From Rebecca billardiae RCC1528 (Eukaryota > Protista > Haptophyta): a stretch of 64,000 nt of DNA. The translations under genes were made by a program, and so were the position numbers. Positions 32,565 through 43,478 of this stretch are shown here, one piece after another. The notes beneath the pieces were generated by a model. That model did not search any database, was not told where the DNA came from, and was given only the letters and a program-made list of their open reading frames with translations. The number at the start of each line of letters is the position of its first letter. Positions within the stretch are counted from its first letter, which is position 1. The stretch is from the NCBI GenBank assembly GCA_965240325.2, contig OZ251230.1:1240001-1304000 (forward strand), given 5' to 3'.

Positions 32565-35500
32565 ATGGCCATGCCCACCAGCGTGCCGACCGGCGTGCGG
32601 CATGCCACGGGTGTCATGTACGTGATATTTCTGCTGGCGTCGCGCGCGGTCGCCCAACAGTCATTTGAGACCTTCGACAAGTTCACAGAATGCATCGCCA
32701 CTCCGGCGGAATGCGAGACCCTTGAAGTGCGCGCGGCGCGCGCGCGGCGCGCACGTGGCCGCGCGCCCGTCGCGGCGGTGCCATCCTTGGCTCGTGGTGC
32801 GAGCCGGCGAGCGGCGATGCGGCACATGCATGCGACGAGGATGACCACGCGCTGCTCCGACGCACGATGACGCGCTCGCATGGTCGCACCGACCTGCAGT
32901 GGTCGTCTGCTGCTGACGGCAAGCAGCCAGTGTGTCAGCCAGCGACACCCTGGCTGACTCCTGCGTCGTCGCCCCCTTCGTGCGACTCGCGGCGCGCACG
33001 GCGCATGTGCGCAGGCAGACGGAGAGGGGTTGACGGGCACGATCCCAACCTCTATCGGCACGCTGACTGCCATCTTTTCGGAATTGTATGCGCATGGCGC
33101 GGCGTGCGTTCGGCCAGCCAGCGCGCAGTCACCCCATCTTCTATCTAGCTCGAGACGCGCGCCAGAGACGACCGCTCGCTCGTCTCCGGGCACTCTGCGT
33201 TCACCATGCGCGTCCTGCATATCGTGCGCTGCGCGCGCACCTCGAGCAGGCTCTTGGAGAACAACCAACTCAGCGGCACCTTGCCGACGGAAATCGGCCG
33301 GCTGACGATGGTTTCAGAGTGGTATGGGCACCCGCGCCACTGCGCCGGACAGATTGCACGCTCGCGACCACCCACCCACTCGGCGCGCGCGGCCTCCGCA
33401 GATGAGCGCCGAGCAGCTGCCGCTGCGCGGCCCGAGCGGTACAGGCGTGCATTGGCGCAAGTCGTGTGGGCGTCCGGCTGGCGGCTGAGAGGAGCGTGAG
33501 GCGTGTGCTCACGCAGCACGGCCGTCCACGCCTGCGCACCGCGCGATCGCGCAGGTCGATGGAAAACGCTGGTAGTTCCTTCGGCGGACCCTTGCCCACG
33601 GAGGTTGGCTTGATGGCAAAGTTGGAGTTTGCGTATGCGCTGCGCATGCGCATACGCCCGCATGCACCAGCCATCCATCGCCGATCGCGGCTGATGGGCG
33701 GATGCGTGTGTGCACCGAGCAGAGAGATCGTCTGAGCCTCATGCGCTCACGCGACGGCCGCACGCTCACGTGCACTGCGTGCACACTCAACTCGCCGCGC
33801 AGAACGTTTGAGGACCTTCCGCTCCAGGGCACCATCCCAACTGAGATTGGCACGATGACGCTTCTGCTGAATTTGTACGCGCGATCAGGACCGAGGCAGC
33901 ATGGGCGGCAGCGCATGCGCCCCGAGCAGAGGGATCGTTGGAGCCTCGTGCGCTCACGCGACGACCGCCCGATCGCATGCACTGCGTGCGAACGCAACTG
34001 TCCGCACAGGAATCTGCGGGAGACTGCGGTCGGAGGCACCCTTCCCACTGAGATGGGCACGATGTCGAATCTGCGCAATTTGTACGCGCGGCCAGGGCCG
34101 AGGCGGCAGCGCTCACTCGCTGGGCCGCGTGTGCGATGAGGGAGCGTGCGCATCCGCCGGCATGCGCCAGCCATTGCCGATCCCAGCTGATGGGCGGACG
34201 CGCCTGTGCGCCGAGCAGAGGGGTCGTCGGAAGCCTGTGCACTGACGCGACGACCGCCCACTGGCGTGCACTGCGTGCGCGCGCAACTGTCCGCAGTGAA
34301 CTGCGCGAGGCTTCGCTGCTCCAGGGCACCGTCCCAACTGAGATTGGCACGATGCCGCTTCTGGGAGATTTGTACGCGCGACCAGGGCCGAGGCGGCGGC
34401 GCTCGCGCGCTGGGCCGCGCGCGCAATGCGGCCGCGTGCGCATACGCCTGCATGCACCAGCCCTCGCCGAGCGCAGCTGATGGGCGGACGCGCCTGCGCG
34501 CCGAGCAGGGGGTTCGTCGGAGCCTCGTGCACTCACGCGAGGGCCGCCCGCTCGCGTGCACTGCGTGCGCTCGCGACTGTCCGCGCAGCAATCTGCGCGA
34601 GGCTTCGCTGGTCTCGGGCACCGTTCCAACTGAGATTGGCACGATGTCGGCTCTGAGTATTTTGTACGCGCAACCAGGGCCGAGGCGGCGGCGCTCGCAC
34701 GCTGGGCCGCGCGCGCGATGCGGCCGCGCGCGCGAACGCCTGCATGCACCAGCCCTCGCCGATCGCAGCTGATGGGCGGACGCACCTGCGCGCCGAGCAG
34801 AGGGATCGTCGGAGCCTCGCCCTCATGCGCTCACGCGACGACCGCCCGCTCACGTGCACCGCGTGCGCGCGCAACTGTCCGCGCAGGGATATGCGGGAGG
34901 CTTCGCTCATCTCAGGCACCGTTCCAACAGAGATTGGCGCGCTGACGGCTCTGACCTCCATGTACGCGCGGCCACGGCAAAGGCGGCGGCACTCGCGCGC
35001 TGCGCGCGATGCCGCAGCATGCTGAGCACCCTCCCATGCGTGCCTACCCAAGAGGCACTGCTTCCAGAGGGCGCGTTGACTGATGCATGGCGTGCAGCCA
35101 TGCCAGCCAGCACTGCTGACGTGTACACCTCCCCACAGCTTCGCCCACCGCATGCCCCCCGGCTGAGCCGAACCCACGCCGCGCTCTCTTGCGCTCGCGA
35201 CTGACGCCTCCCTGTGCCCTGCCGCTGCCGATCGGCGATCGACCCGCGCAGGCAGGTCGATGGCACGCAGATGTGGCATCCAGGCAGCACGCACGGCTAT
35301 CCTGCCGTGGTGCCTGCGACGCTTCCATTTGCACCGCCGCCACCCGCGCCGCCGCCGTCGCCTCCGCCGACTCCACCGCCGCCGTCGTCGCCGCCGCCGC
35401 CGCCGACGCCGCCGGCGCCGCCGCCGGCGGTGTTCTGCAGGGCCCTGTGCTTCTATACTGTGCGCGCTGCGCTCCAGCGCTTTGCGCGGATGGCGCAAGC

Positions 35501-35919
35501 GCCAAGGCGCGTGCCTCGTGCCGTGCGCGTGCGTTGGCGGCAGTACCGCTGCGCCGCGCGCCGCGGCAGCTCTGCGCTTGCTCATTGGCCCTGATGGTGC
35601 GGGCGCGCGGCCATCCCGCGCTGACGCTCCCATGCGCGCGCGGCCCGCGCAGATCGTCGCATCTACCGCCAGGTCTCTGTTCAAGTCCCGCAAGCACGGC
35701 CGTGCTCTCGCCGCGCAGTGGGATGGCGACCTCCAAGGTGCCGCCGAGCTGTTGGTCGGCATGCCGTCATCGTCAGACGAGCAGTCAATGCCAGAACTCG
35801 CGGCGGCGATGGCCATGGCTGCTGCCGTACTCGCACTCGTGGTGCTGTTGGCGACGGCCGCAGCGTTGGTCGTGACACGCGCCTCTCGCCGTTGGCGCGC
35901 GAGCAGCAGCGAGGCTTAG
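32565..35919 (+). CDS. LRR receptor-like protein: signal peptide, 8 single-exon LRRs, Pro-rich stalk, TM helix, short tail; 11 exons (32565-32726, 33015-33085, 33250-33321, 33555-33632, 33803-33874, 34010-34081, 34297-34371, 34589-34663, 34887-34961, 35252-35459, 35653-35919)
   Basis: All junctions are GT-AG and splice into one open frame. The repeats follow the plant-type consensus L.G.(I/L/V)PTEIG.(L/M)..L..L. Stalk APPPPAPPPSPPPTPPPP. TM AAAVLALVVLLATAAALVVT followed by RASRRWR. Confidence 0.88.
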
Positions 35920-36301
35920 CTACGTCGTCGTCATCAGCATCGTCATACATTTCATCATCGGTCGCGTACATCATCGGTCTCGGGCCTGCGCCGGGCGGCA
36001 GAGCCCGATGCTCGAAGCCCTGCGCTCGCTGACATCAGGTGCAGCTCACAATGGTAACTAACGAATGCAGTGCACGACCACGCGGACTTGGCACGCCAGA
36101 GAGCGCGGTGCTGCGCGGCGCATGGTCAGTACCAGTTATACCCGTATACCGGATCCGCCGACTGCGGCACGACAGCCTACCTAGGGCTAGGCTGAAGTGG
36201 CAGTGGCATCAGCACTCATTGTCCCGGAGCCTCAGCCAGTGCCCCCTCACTCTCCAGGACCAGCTGCTGCCCTGCGAGCTATATCATACGGCTAACTACT
36301 A

Positions 36302-38253
36302 GGTGGGTCCCTCCCAACTGGGGCGATATTCTGGCGCACTCAGAATGACGTCCTAGATTTTGTCTCTCACCCAGAATCGCGACGCTATAAATGCGTCCCA
36401 TCGGGGCGGAGCAAAAGTTTCGACCTCAAAACCTACTCCGCGTGCCGTCGCGCGGCCGAGCGCGCGCGCGCCGCGCCAGTAGTGTCACATAGAGATTTTG
36501 CGAAGCGTTACTTCATGGTTATGGTGGCTAGATGGCGACATGCGATCGGAATTACTTATTGACAACCGTTGACACCCGACCGAACCATTTTATGAAGCAA
36601 AGAGTGGGGCTCTATGCTGTGCGCTGATACCTCCAACAAACTACAGCAAGATCGAGTATATTACCCACTTCATATATAGCCACTTACCCGTATATATTAT
36701 GAGTGTTACCCACGCTTTATATTGACCGTGGATGCGGTTCACTATATATTCAAATTCGTTCCGATATGTGGGTACGTTTGTTGGGTCATCGAATAGGCGC
36801 CGAGCGACGCGGACACAGGCAACCCGGGCCGCAACCGGACTGCCTGCGAGTGGCAGTGTTTGTGGCGGGCTGCGTGCCGAGGCACACACCATCGCCCGCC
36901 ACCGAGCATGCCACCGTCGTCACACGGGAGCCCTCCGTCGTCGAGGCTGGACTATCAGCCAACGCCACCGCCGGAGCTTGCCGCGTTCGGCGGCTTCCGT
37001 GATCGTACTCCGCGTGTCACCGGTCGTCGTATGCCCACCCGCGTGAGGCCGCCACCAGTCCATGACTACCGCAGCTGCAGCCCATGCCGCCGACGATGCC
37101 TCCTACCATCTTCTCGCCAGGCAGCAATACGATAGGTTCACCGACGCTGCTGCTAGGCTGAGAGCACTCAGCCAGTTGGCCGGCGAGACGTCAGATGGTT
37201 GAGCTGCTGGCCTAGCCATCACGTTGCGGCTTCCGCTCGCTCAAGTACACCCAACGTGACGACGAGAACGTGCCGGGCAATCATCAGACATGCGTCTGAG
37301 GGGTCTACTACGCCTAGCCGTAGAGTTGCTGAGTACGAGTCTTCGCAGACCACAAGCGGAACGAGTGGGACCACCCAATGGCAGGAGCAACAGCGTGGGG
37401 TGGCACCCGCGCATGTCAACGCGACCGCGTTCTGTCAAGAATGGACCCATATCCTGCGACCACCCTCGAGCACCACAGGCTATGCCCACACTCGGCATAG
37501 GAACGGATCGCTGAGCGCCTGCTGCCGCTGTGAAAGGCCCTGCTGATCTTCCTGGCGCTGGATCGTGCACACGGATGGCAAGTCGGCGTGCTCGCCGCAC
37601 ATCGCGGCGGCTTCTCAGCATCCCAAGTCCTCAGTGCACCCATCCTAGGCCTGCTGGTCGATTATTGGTACCAACCCCCACCAAACACGCCCTCTCGGAA
37701 GTCGCCAATCGCTCACATGGCTCCCCGAGAGCCCGCGGCTGGCTGTCATGCGTTCTCACGAGCAGCTTGCGCGCAGCCCAATTGTCACCTTCACGGTGCG
37801 TAGAGCTGCTCAAGATGGCGCGAGCGTCAAGAGCATGCCCATGCCTGATGGTGGCCCATGCCTCCCGTCACCTGACCCGCCTGTAGCGAAAAGTGGCCCT
37901 GCTCGAAGGCACGGCTCGAACACCCGCCGATCGATTCAAGTTGTCTGTACGCGTCTAGCCGGGCGAGAGTCAAACATGCGGGCACGTGCCAGGCGGGGGA
38001 TGTGTGACCACGGATCCCATCCGTGAGCACGCGCAAAGCGCTGGAGCGCGCGATAGGTGTTGGCTGTGGTCTACCCGACACACGGCGGCTCGGTCGCGCT
38101 GGAGAGGCGCTCCGACATCGTCGGGAGCGTTCAGATCGGACCTCGGCCGGCGGCCCGGCGATTTTCCCGAGCCGCGCCCCGCGCGAAAAGAAATCCGGCG
38201 AGAAAACCCGGTAAATGTTTAAAAGACCGCTGGAAAATCGCCAGGGACCCACC
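36302..38253. mobile_element. Non-autonomous TIR DNA transposon, ~1.95 kb, TA-flanked
   Basis: ta|ggtgggtccct ... agggacccacc|ta, with a further imperfect match (ggcgatattctggcg vs ggcgattttccagcg). No transposase ORF is recognisable. Confidence 0.7.
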
Positions 38254-38694
38254 TATTAAAGTATAACTACTTCGCGCACAGTTAGCAAGTAAGCAACACG
38301 GACACTACTGTAGCAGTTCTGCCACTACAACTCGGATCGATGTGTCAGTGCAAGGGAGATAGTCGTAGTAACTAACTTGATCGGCTACGCCGATCTTCGG
38401 GTAGTAAACAACGAAGTTGAGGGCGCTGGGCCCTGCTATTGTCGGTTGTCGCGTTCTGTCTGCCGTTCTGACACTGCTCCGGGCTGCTCCGGGCTCACGA
38501 CCCAGTGTCAGAACGCGACAGCTAGGGCCGTGCGCCGGCTGCTCGGCTCACGACGTGACTCGTGGCCTGCGCGATTCGTGAAGACTGAATAAGTACTACT
38601 GGAACCGCCACGCAGTACGGCGTCGCCCGTCGCATATGCCGCCTCGCCGACGCCATCGTCCGCGCGCGGACTCCGAGTCGGAGTGGCCGAGTCA

Positions 38695-38787
38695 GGCATC
38701 CGTCGTGCCCATCAGCGCCAGAGCTGGCTCTTTCTCGTGTCAGGCAGTCGGGCATCCGTCGTGCCCATCAGCGCCAGAGCTGGCTCT
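38695..38787. repeat. Local direct duplication of ~37 bp
   Basis: ggcatccgtcgtgcccatcagcgccagagctggctct at 38695 and 38751. Confidence 0.85.
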
Positions 38788-39940
38788 CAGTCACTGACTG
38801 AGTGAGACAGTGAGTGAGAGCCGCCGCTCACGGGACTCGACACTCGTCCCGTCCGAGCTCGCGCGCCAAACGCCTGCCCATGCGCCAGCCAAGCCGTCGA
38901 GACTCGAGACAGCTCGGATGCGGCGGACGAGAGCAAAATAGATGTGCACGCGGTCCAGCTCGTGCTGCGACTCGGACTCGCCCAGTCTCGTCGCGGCCCG
39001 CAGATCTGCGCGCGCTGCTTGCCGCGCCGCTGCATCATCGGTGCAGCCAGAGGGGCAGAGGCTCCAGTCAGTCAGTCAGCACGCCGCACGCGGAGCCATC
39101 ACAGCTCGGCCATGGACGGCTCGAGCGAGGGCTTCGGACCCGTTGCACGCGTGAGCGCCGAAAAAACGACACTTTGGCAGTGATAGTCATCACCGTCGCC
39201 GCATCGTGGGCATGCCGCTGCCGCCGCCGGCGGCGGCAGCGGGAGCGTAGCAGCAGATCTACCACCTTCCGCGTTACGCGCTGCGTCGTGCGCGCCAGGT
39301 GGCAGGTTTCCCAGGTCCGCCGCGCGGAAGGCAGCGTGAGCGGTCGGCGAGCGCACGGAGGTGAGAAGTAAGCGCGCATCGTGAGAGCTTCAGCAGCTTG
39401 CCCACGCGCTTCACGAAGGCGGTGCGGTTGCGTGCGCACGCCTTCTGTACCCGTACACGCGATCAAAGCGTGAGCCACTCCCTAGGTCTTGCCTGCGCAT
39501 CGCGGGCCGCGCCTCGTCTCCTGAATCCTCGTTTACGAGGACAGCACGTGTATCTGTGTACGCGCTCGCGGCCGATGGCGGCTCCCCGCGTCGAGAGCCG
39601 TTTGGCTGGAGCCGCATCCAAGGGCATATATCGTCACGGCCCCACCCGATGCTGACGCTGAGGTGGCGTGCTTGCCGAAGGTAGCCGCATTGGCTGATCT
39701 CTCTGCCTTTGGGCAACCCTTTGCAACCGCGCCGGCTCACGCTGCCAGCGCGCGCGCGGCGTGGCTTCGTGGTGGACACCTGCCCTGGGTTTTGTCGTTC
39801 GTTCTCAGCGACGGTTGGGTCGATTGACATGCGGATTGGATTGGTGCATTGCGAATCGGCTTCGCAATGCACCATTGCGCTCGGATCGGCGCGGACGTCA
39901 GCCATGCGGCAGCGCGAGCGACAAAACCGCGAGATTTCAT

Positions 39941-42008
39941 GGTTGTATAACCGCTCGGTTATGCGGGTATAACTCACCGGTAGCCCTCATGAGGGCGGGC
40001 TGGCAGCCCGGGTCCGGCTGCCCGAAGGTTTTCCGGTCGTCAAGCCGAGCCAGGCCCGGACAGGGGGTGGGCGCGGATCCGCGCAGTAGCTTGGCAAGCG
40101 ATGCGCCTCTCTGCGCGCGCTCGCTGGCTGCATCCGCGGCTCGGCGGCCGGCGTGGCTGCTGGGTCACCGCGGCGCTGGTGGCTGCCCCTCCTCTGGGAG
40201 TTGTTTCTTCCAGGTGCGTGTGCGTCGGCGGTAGGCCGCCCTCACGGCCCTCGCTCTCTCCACTCGTGCACCTGCCCTGCTTGCTGCCAACGCGCGATCG
40301 GGCTGTCTGTCGCTTCTGCTCTCTGCGAGGGCACCTCGGACCCCTCCGGGTGCTCTCTGCTTTCGATGGGGGCGCCTCGGAACCGCTTCGAGGCGTCCCC
40401 GTCTGCAATCGTCCCATGCTCTGCTTTCGATGGGGGCGCCTCGGAACCGCTTCGGGGCGTCCCCGTCTGCAATCTTCTCATGCTCTGCTTTCGATGGGGG
40501 CGCCTCGGAACCGCTTCGGGGCGTCCCCGTCTGCAATCTTCTCATGCTCTGCTTTCGATGGGGGCGCCTCGGAACCGCTTCGAGGCGTCCCCGTCTGCAA
40601 TCTCCGCATGCTCTGCTTTCGATGGGGGCGCCTCGGAACCGCTCCCAGGCGTCCCCGTCTGCAATCTTCTCACGCTTCGCAGTCTCGCTTGCCTTCATCG
40701 CCTGGCGGGTGGGTGCTGCTCTCTCCTTCTCTGCCGCCTCCTCTGCAGTCTGCAGTGCACTGCTGTGTGTGGGGATGCGACCTGCTACCTTATCTGACGC
40801 TACGCGTGCGCGTGCGTGTCTCGCGCCTGCTTCCCGCCTGCGCCGCCGCCGCCGCGCATGTCTTTGTGCCTACTCGTCGCACTTACCGTCGGGTTCGTCC
40901 TCACACAATCCTGCGGGGAGCCCCTCTGGGCCTCGGCCGCCTTCGGTCCTCGCGCTACCCCTTCGGCGGCCTCGGCCTCTTCGGGCCCCCGGCCACCACC
41001 CCTACGGGGTGTGGCATTCCACACCTCCTTCTGGGTGGAGGCCCTCGAGGCCTCTGCCCCCTGCGGCGCCGCGCTCGGCCCAAACTTGCGTTGGGGGAGG
41101 GCGTCGGCTGCCAGCGCCTGCGGTCTATCTACGTGCTCCATCGAGTACTTCCTCTTCGGCGTCTAGGCGGTCGGCTTCTGTCGGCGTAGTTGCTCGAATG
41201 CATCGGCGAGTCCTTTCTGGTCGGCGTCGCATCCTGGACGGCTTCGGGGGTGTGACCTAGTCACCTCACGCGTTTATCAACGCGGCCCCCACCTCAATCT
41301 ACTCTCATGTGGGTCTACCGAGTGAGTTATGGTTGTATAACCGCTCGGTTATGCGGGTATAACTCACCGGTAGCCCTCATGAGGGCGGGCTGGCAGCCCG
41401 GGTCCGGCTGCCCGAAGGTTTTCCGGTCGTCAAGCCGAGCCAGGCCCGGACAGGGGGTGGGCGCGGATCCGCGCAGTAGCTTGGCAAGCGATGCGCCTCT
41501 CTGCGCGCGCTCGCTGGCTGCATCCGCGGCTCGGCGGCCGGCGTGGCTGCTGGGTCACCGCGGCGCTGGTGGCTGCCCCTCCTCTGGGAGTTGTTTCTCC
41601 CTGCCCTCCCACCCGGCTGGTTGCTGGGTGGGCATGGCCTGGGTGCGCGCCGTGTCGGGGGGGGTGGAGGCCCTCGAGGCCTCTGCCCCCTGCGGCGCCG
41701 CGCTCGGCCCGGGTGGAGGCCCTCGAGGCCTCTGCCCCCTGCGGCGCCGCGCTCGGCCCAAACTTGCGTTGGGGGAGGGCGTCGGCTGCCAGCGCCTGCG
41801 GTCTATCTACGTGCTCCATCGAGTACTTCCTCTTCGGCGTCTAGGCGGTCGGCTTCTGTCGGCGTAGTTGCTCGAATGCATCGGCGAGTCCTTTCTGGTC
41901 GGCGTCGCATCCTGGACGGCTTCGGGGGTGTGACCTAGTCACCTCACGCGTTTATCAACGCGGCCCCCACCTCAATCTACTCTCATGTGGGTCTACCGAG
42001 TGAGTTAT
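39941..42008 (+). mobile_element. Non-coding element with split direct repeats A1(39941-40208)-core-B1(41033-41330)A2(41331-41598)-spacer-B2(41711-42008); candidate non-autonomous tyrosine-recombinase (Ngaro/PAT-type) retroelement, or a tandem Penelope-like/rolling-circle element
   Basis: A (268 bp) and B (298 bp) copies look identical by eye. There is no extended TSD; only the dinucleotide AT is shared by the left, internal B1/A2 and right junctions. Confidence 0.8.
40353..40672 (+). repeat. Five tandem 64-bp hairpin-forming repeats
   Basis: Unit tgctctgctttcgatgggggcgcctcggaaccgcttcg(a/g)ggcgtccccgtctgcaatcttctca, starting at about 40353, 40417, 40481, 40545 and 40609. Confidence 0.95.
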
Positions 42009-42776
42009 ACGCTTGTCGTTTTTTCATACGCTCACGGTTACTCACCCGTGCAACGGGTCTTCGGCGAGCGAGATGGCCATGGTGGCTGCTCCACATCCTG
42101 ACAGAACGTCCAAGACTACCCGCTCGCACCACGCCAAAGCTGGATCAGGCGAAGGAGCCTCCGCACTGACAGATCAGGCTCGGCGCCGCAGACGGCTGAA
42201 CCGGAACGTCCTCGCGAGGCCCCGCGCTTCAACACGCCGAGAATTCAGCTGCGCGGCGTGCGGCGTGGCGCGCGCGGGCGCGCGCATGGTCAGCTGGAAA
42301 CACAGCGAGAAACTCGCCTCGCCCCCACGCGCCACGCGCATTCGCACCCAGCCAGAATATCACACACGAGGAGCATCGTCCGATGAGTAAGCTACTCGGC
42401 AGCTTCACTAAGTAGTGATCGCGTCGGAGCTCTGACTAGTGGTTGCGCGATCAACCTTTGATCATCAAACGTCGTCGCTCCTTGAATCTCATTTCGACGT
42501 GCCTTCATTCACTACTGGGCGGCTCCAACGCGGCAATTCCTTGCTCGTAATAATCTCAGAATAAAGGATACGGTTGGCACATAGGCGCCCCGCGCGGGAA
42601 CGCCGGTTCGGCCTTCGGGCCTACCCGCGCAATGACATCTCGTCGCTTTTATGAATCTGAGGAGTGAACGACTATCAAGAGAATGTTCGATATCTCAGAC
42701 CTTGTTTGCAATCTGTTCAACAGGCGAATCTTGACTATCAGAAAGGTAGCTAGAAGGGGCTTAACAGGGGGCTTAT

Positions 42777-42811
42777 GCGGATATCATCAGGTTTAACCTG
42801 ATGATATCCGC
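42777..42811. repeat. Perfect palindrome with 17-bp arms and a 1-nt spacer
   Basis: gcggatatcatcaggtt-t-aacctgatgatatccgc. Confidence 0.95.
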
Positions 42812-43250
42812 CACTGAGAAGCGACGGTTCATGACTTCAGATGCCGGCATAATACTTTACTTCAAGCGACATAAAAGCCGACCCAATTCCTCTCTTTTCT
42901 ATGATTGGCGAGCTGTTTCAGGCTCTTACAATTCAGGCACCTCACTATGACGGAATGTTCGAACACACGGCTGGTGTTATGTGCTATTCTGCCACCCTGC
43001 ATTCCCCTAATAAGTGTAGTTACTATCATCGTTATGAAATTAACGTCCACTAGAAACGCAATCATTGGCAGCGATATCCACTCATATGCGCTTGTCACAC
43101 CTAAGGCCACCTACAAAAAAAAACCCAAAATCCTGCGCGCATCCTCTTTTTGATTTTGCGGAGCACGTGCCCCCCCCCCCCCCCCCCCGGCCCCGGCTTT
43201 CGCTCACGCTCAGACCTTCCGGGGGGGGGGGGGGGGGGGGGGGGGGGGCA

Positions 43251-43478
43251 TAAACGAGGGTCGGGCAAGCCAAGTCGGTCGATCGCGAGACATGTGTGCG
43301 CCCGGGCGGTCCGGTGTTTTGCACTGTGTTTTGAGAAAACCGGACTCTGGGCCGAACCGTATTTGAACGAATTATAACTACTGAAATAAATAAAACGACA
43401 CTAATAGCTTACTGTGAGCCGGACCCGGGCGCACACATCGCACGGGGCCTTCGCAGTGGCTTGCCCGACCCTCGTTTA
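43251..43478. mobile_element. MITE, ~230 bp, with 22-bp perfect TIRs
   Basis: taaacgagggtcgggcaagcca / tggcttgcccgaccctcgttta, plus an inner inverted pair atgtgtgcgcccggg / cccgggcgcacacat. The TSD is obscured by the adjacent G-run. Confidence 0.75.

Larger units (their letters stand above)
39137..42059. mobile_element. TIR DNA transposon, copy 2 (inverted relative to 14897-15751), 4-bp TSD (TTCG), interrupted by a nested element
   Basis: ttcg|gacccgttgca...tgcaacgggtc|ttcg. Subterminal sequences match both ends of copy 1. Confidence 0.85.

Noticed and set aside
33800-34960. Regularly spaced repeats with variable inserts, suggesting CRISPR or a DGR template array
   Set aside because: Fully explained as duplicated LRR exons plus GT-AG introns. 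No reverse transcriptase is present in the window.
40353-40672. CRISPR-like array of palindromic repeats
   Set aside because: The units are contiguous 64-bp tandem repeats with no unique spacers, there are no cas genes, and the context is eukaryotic.
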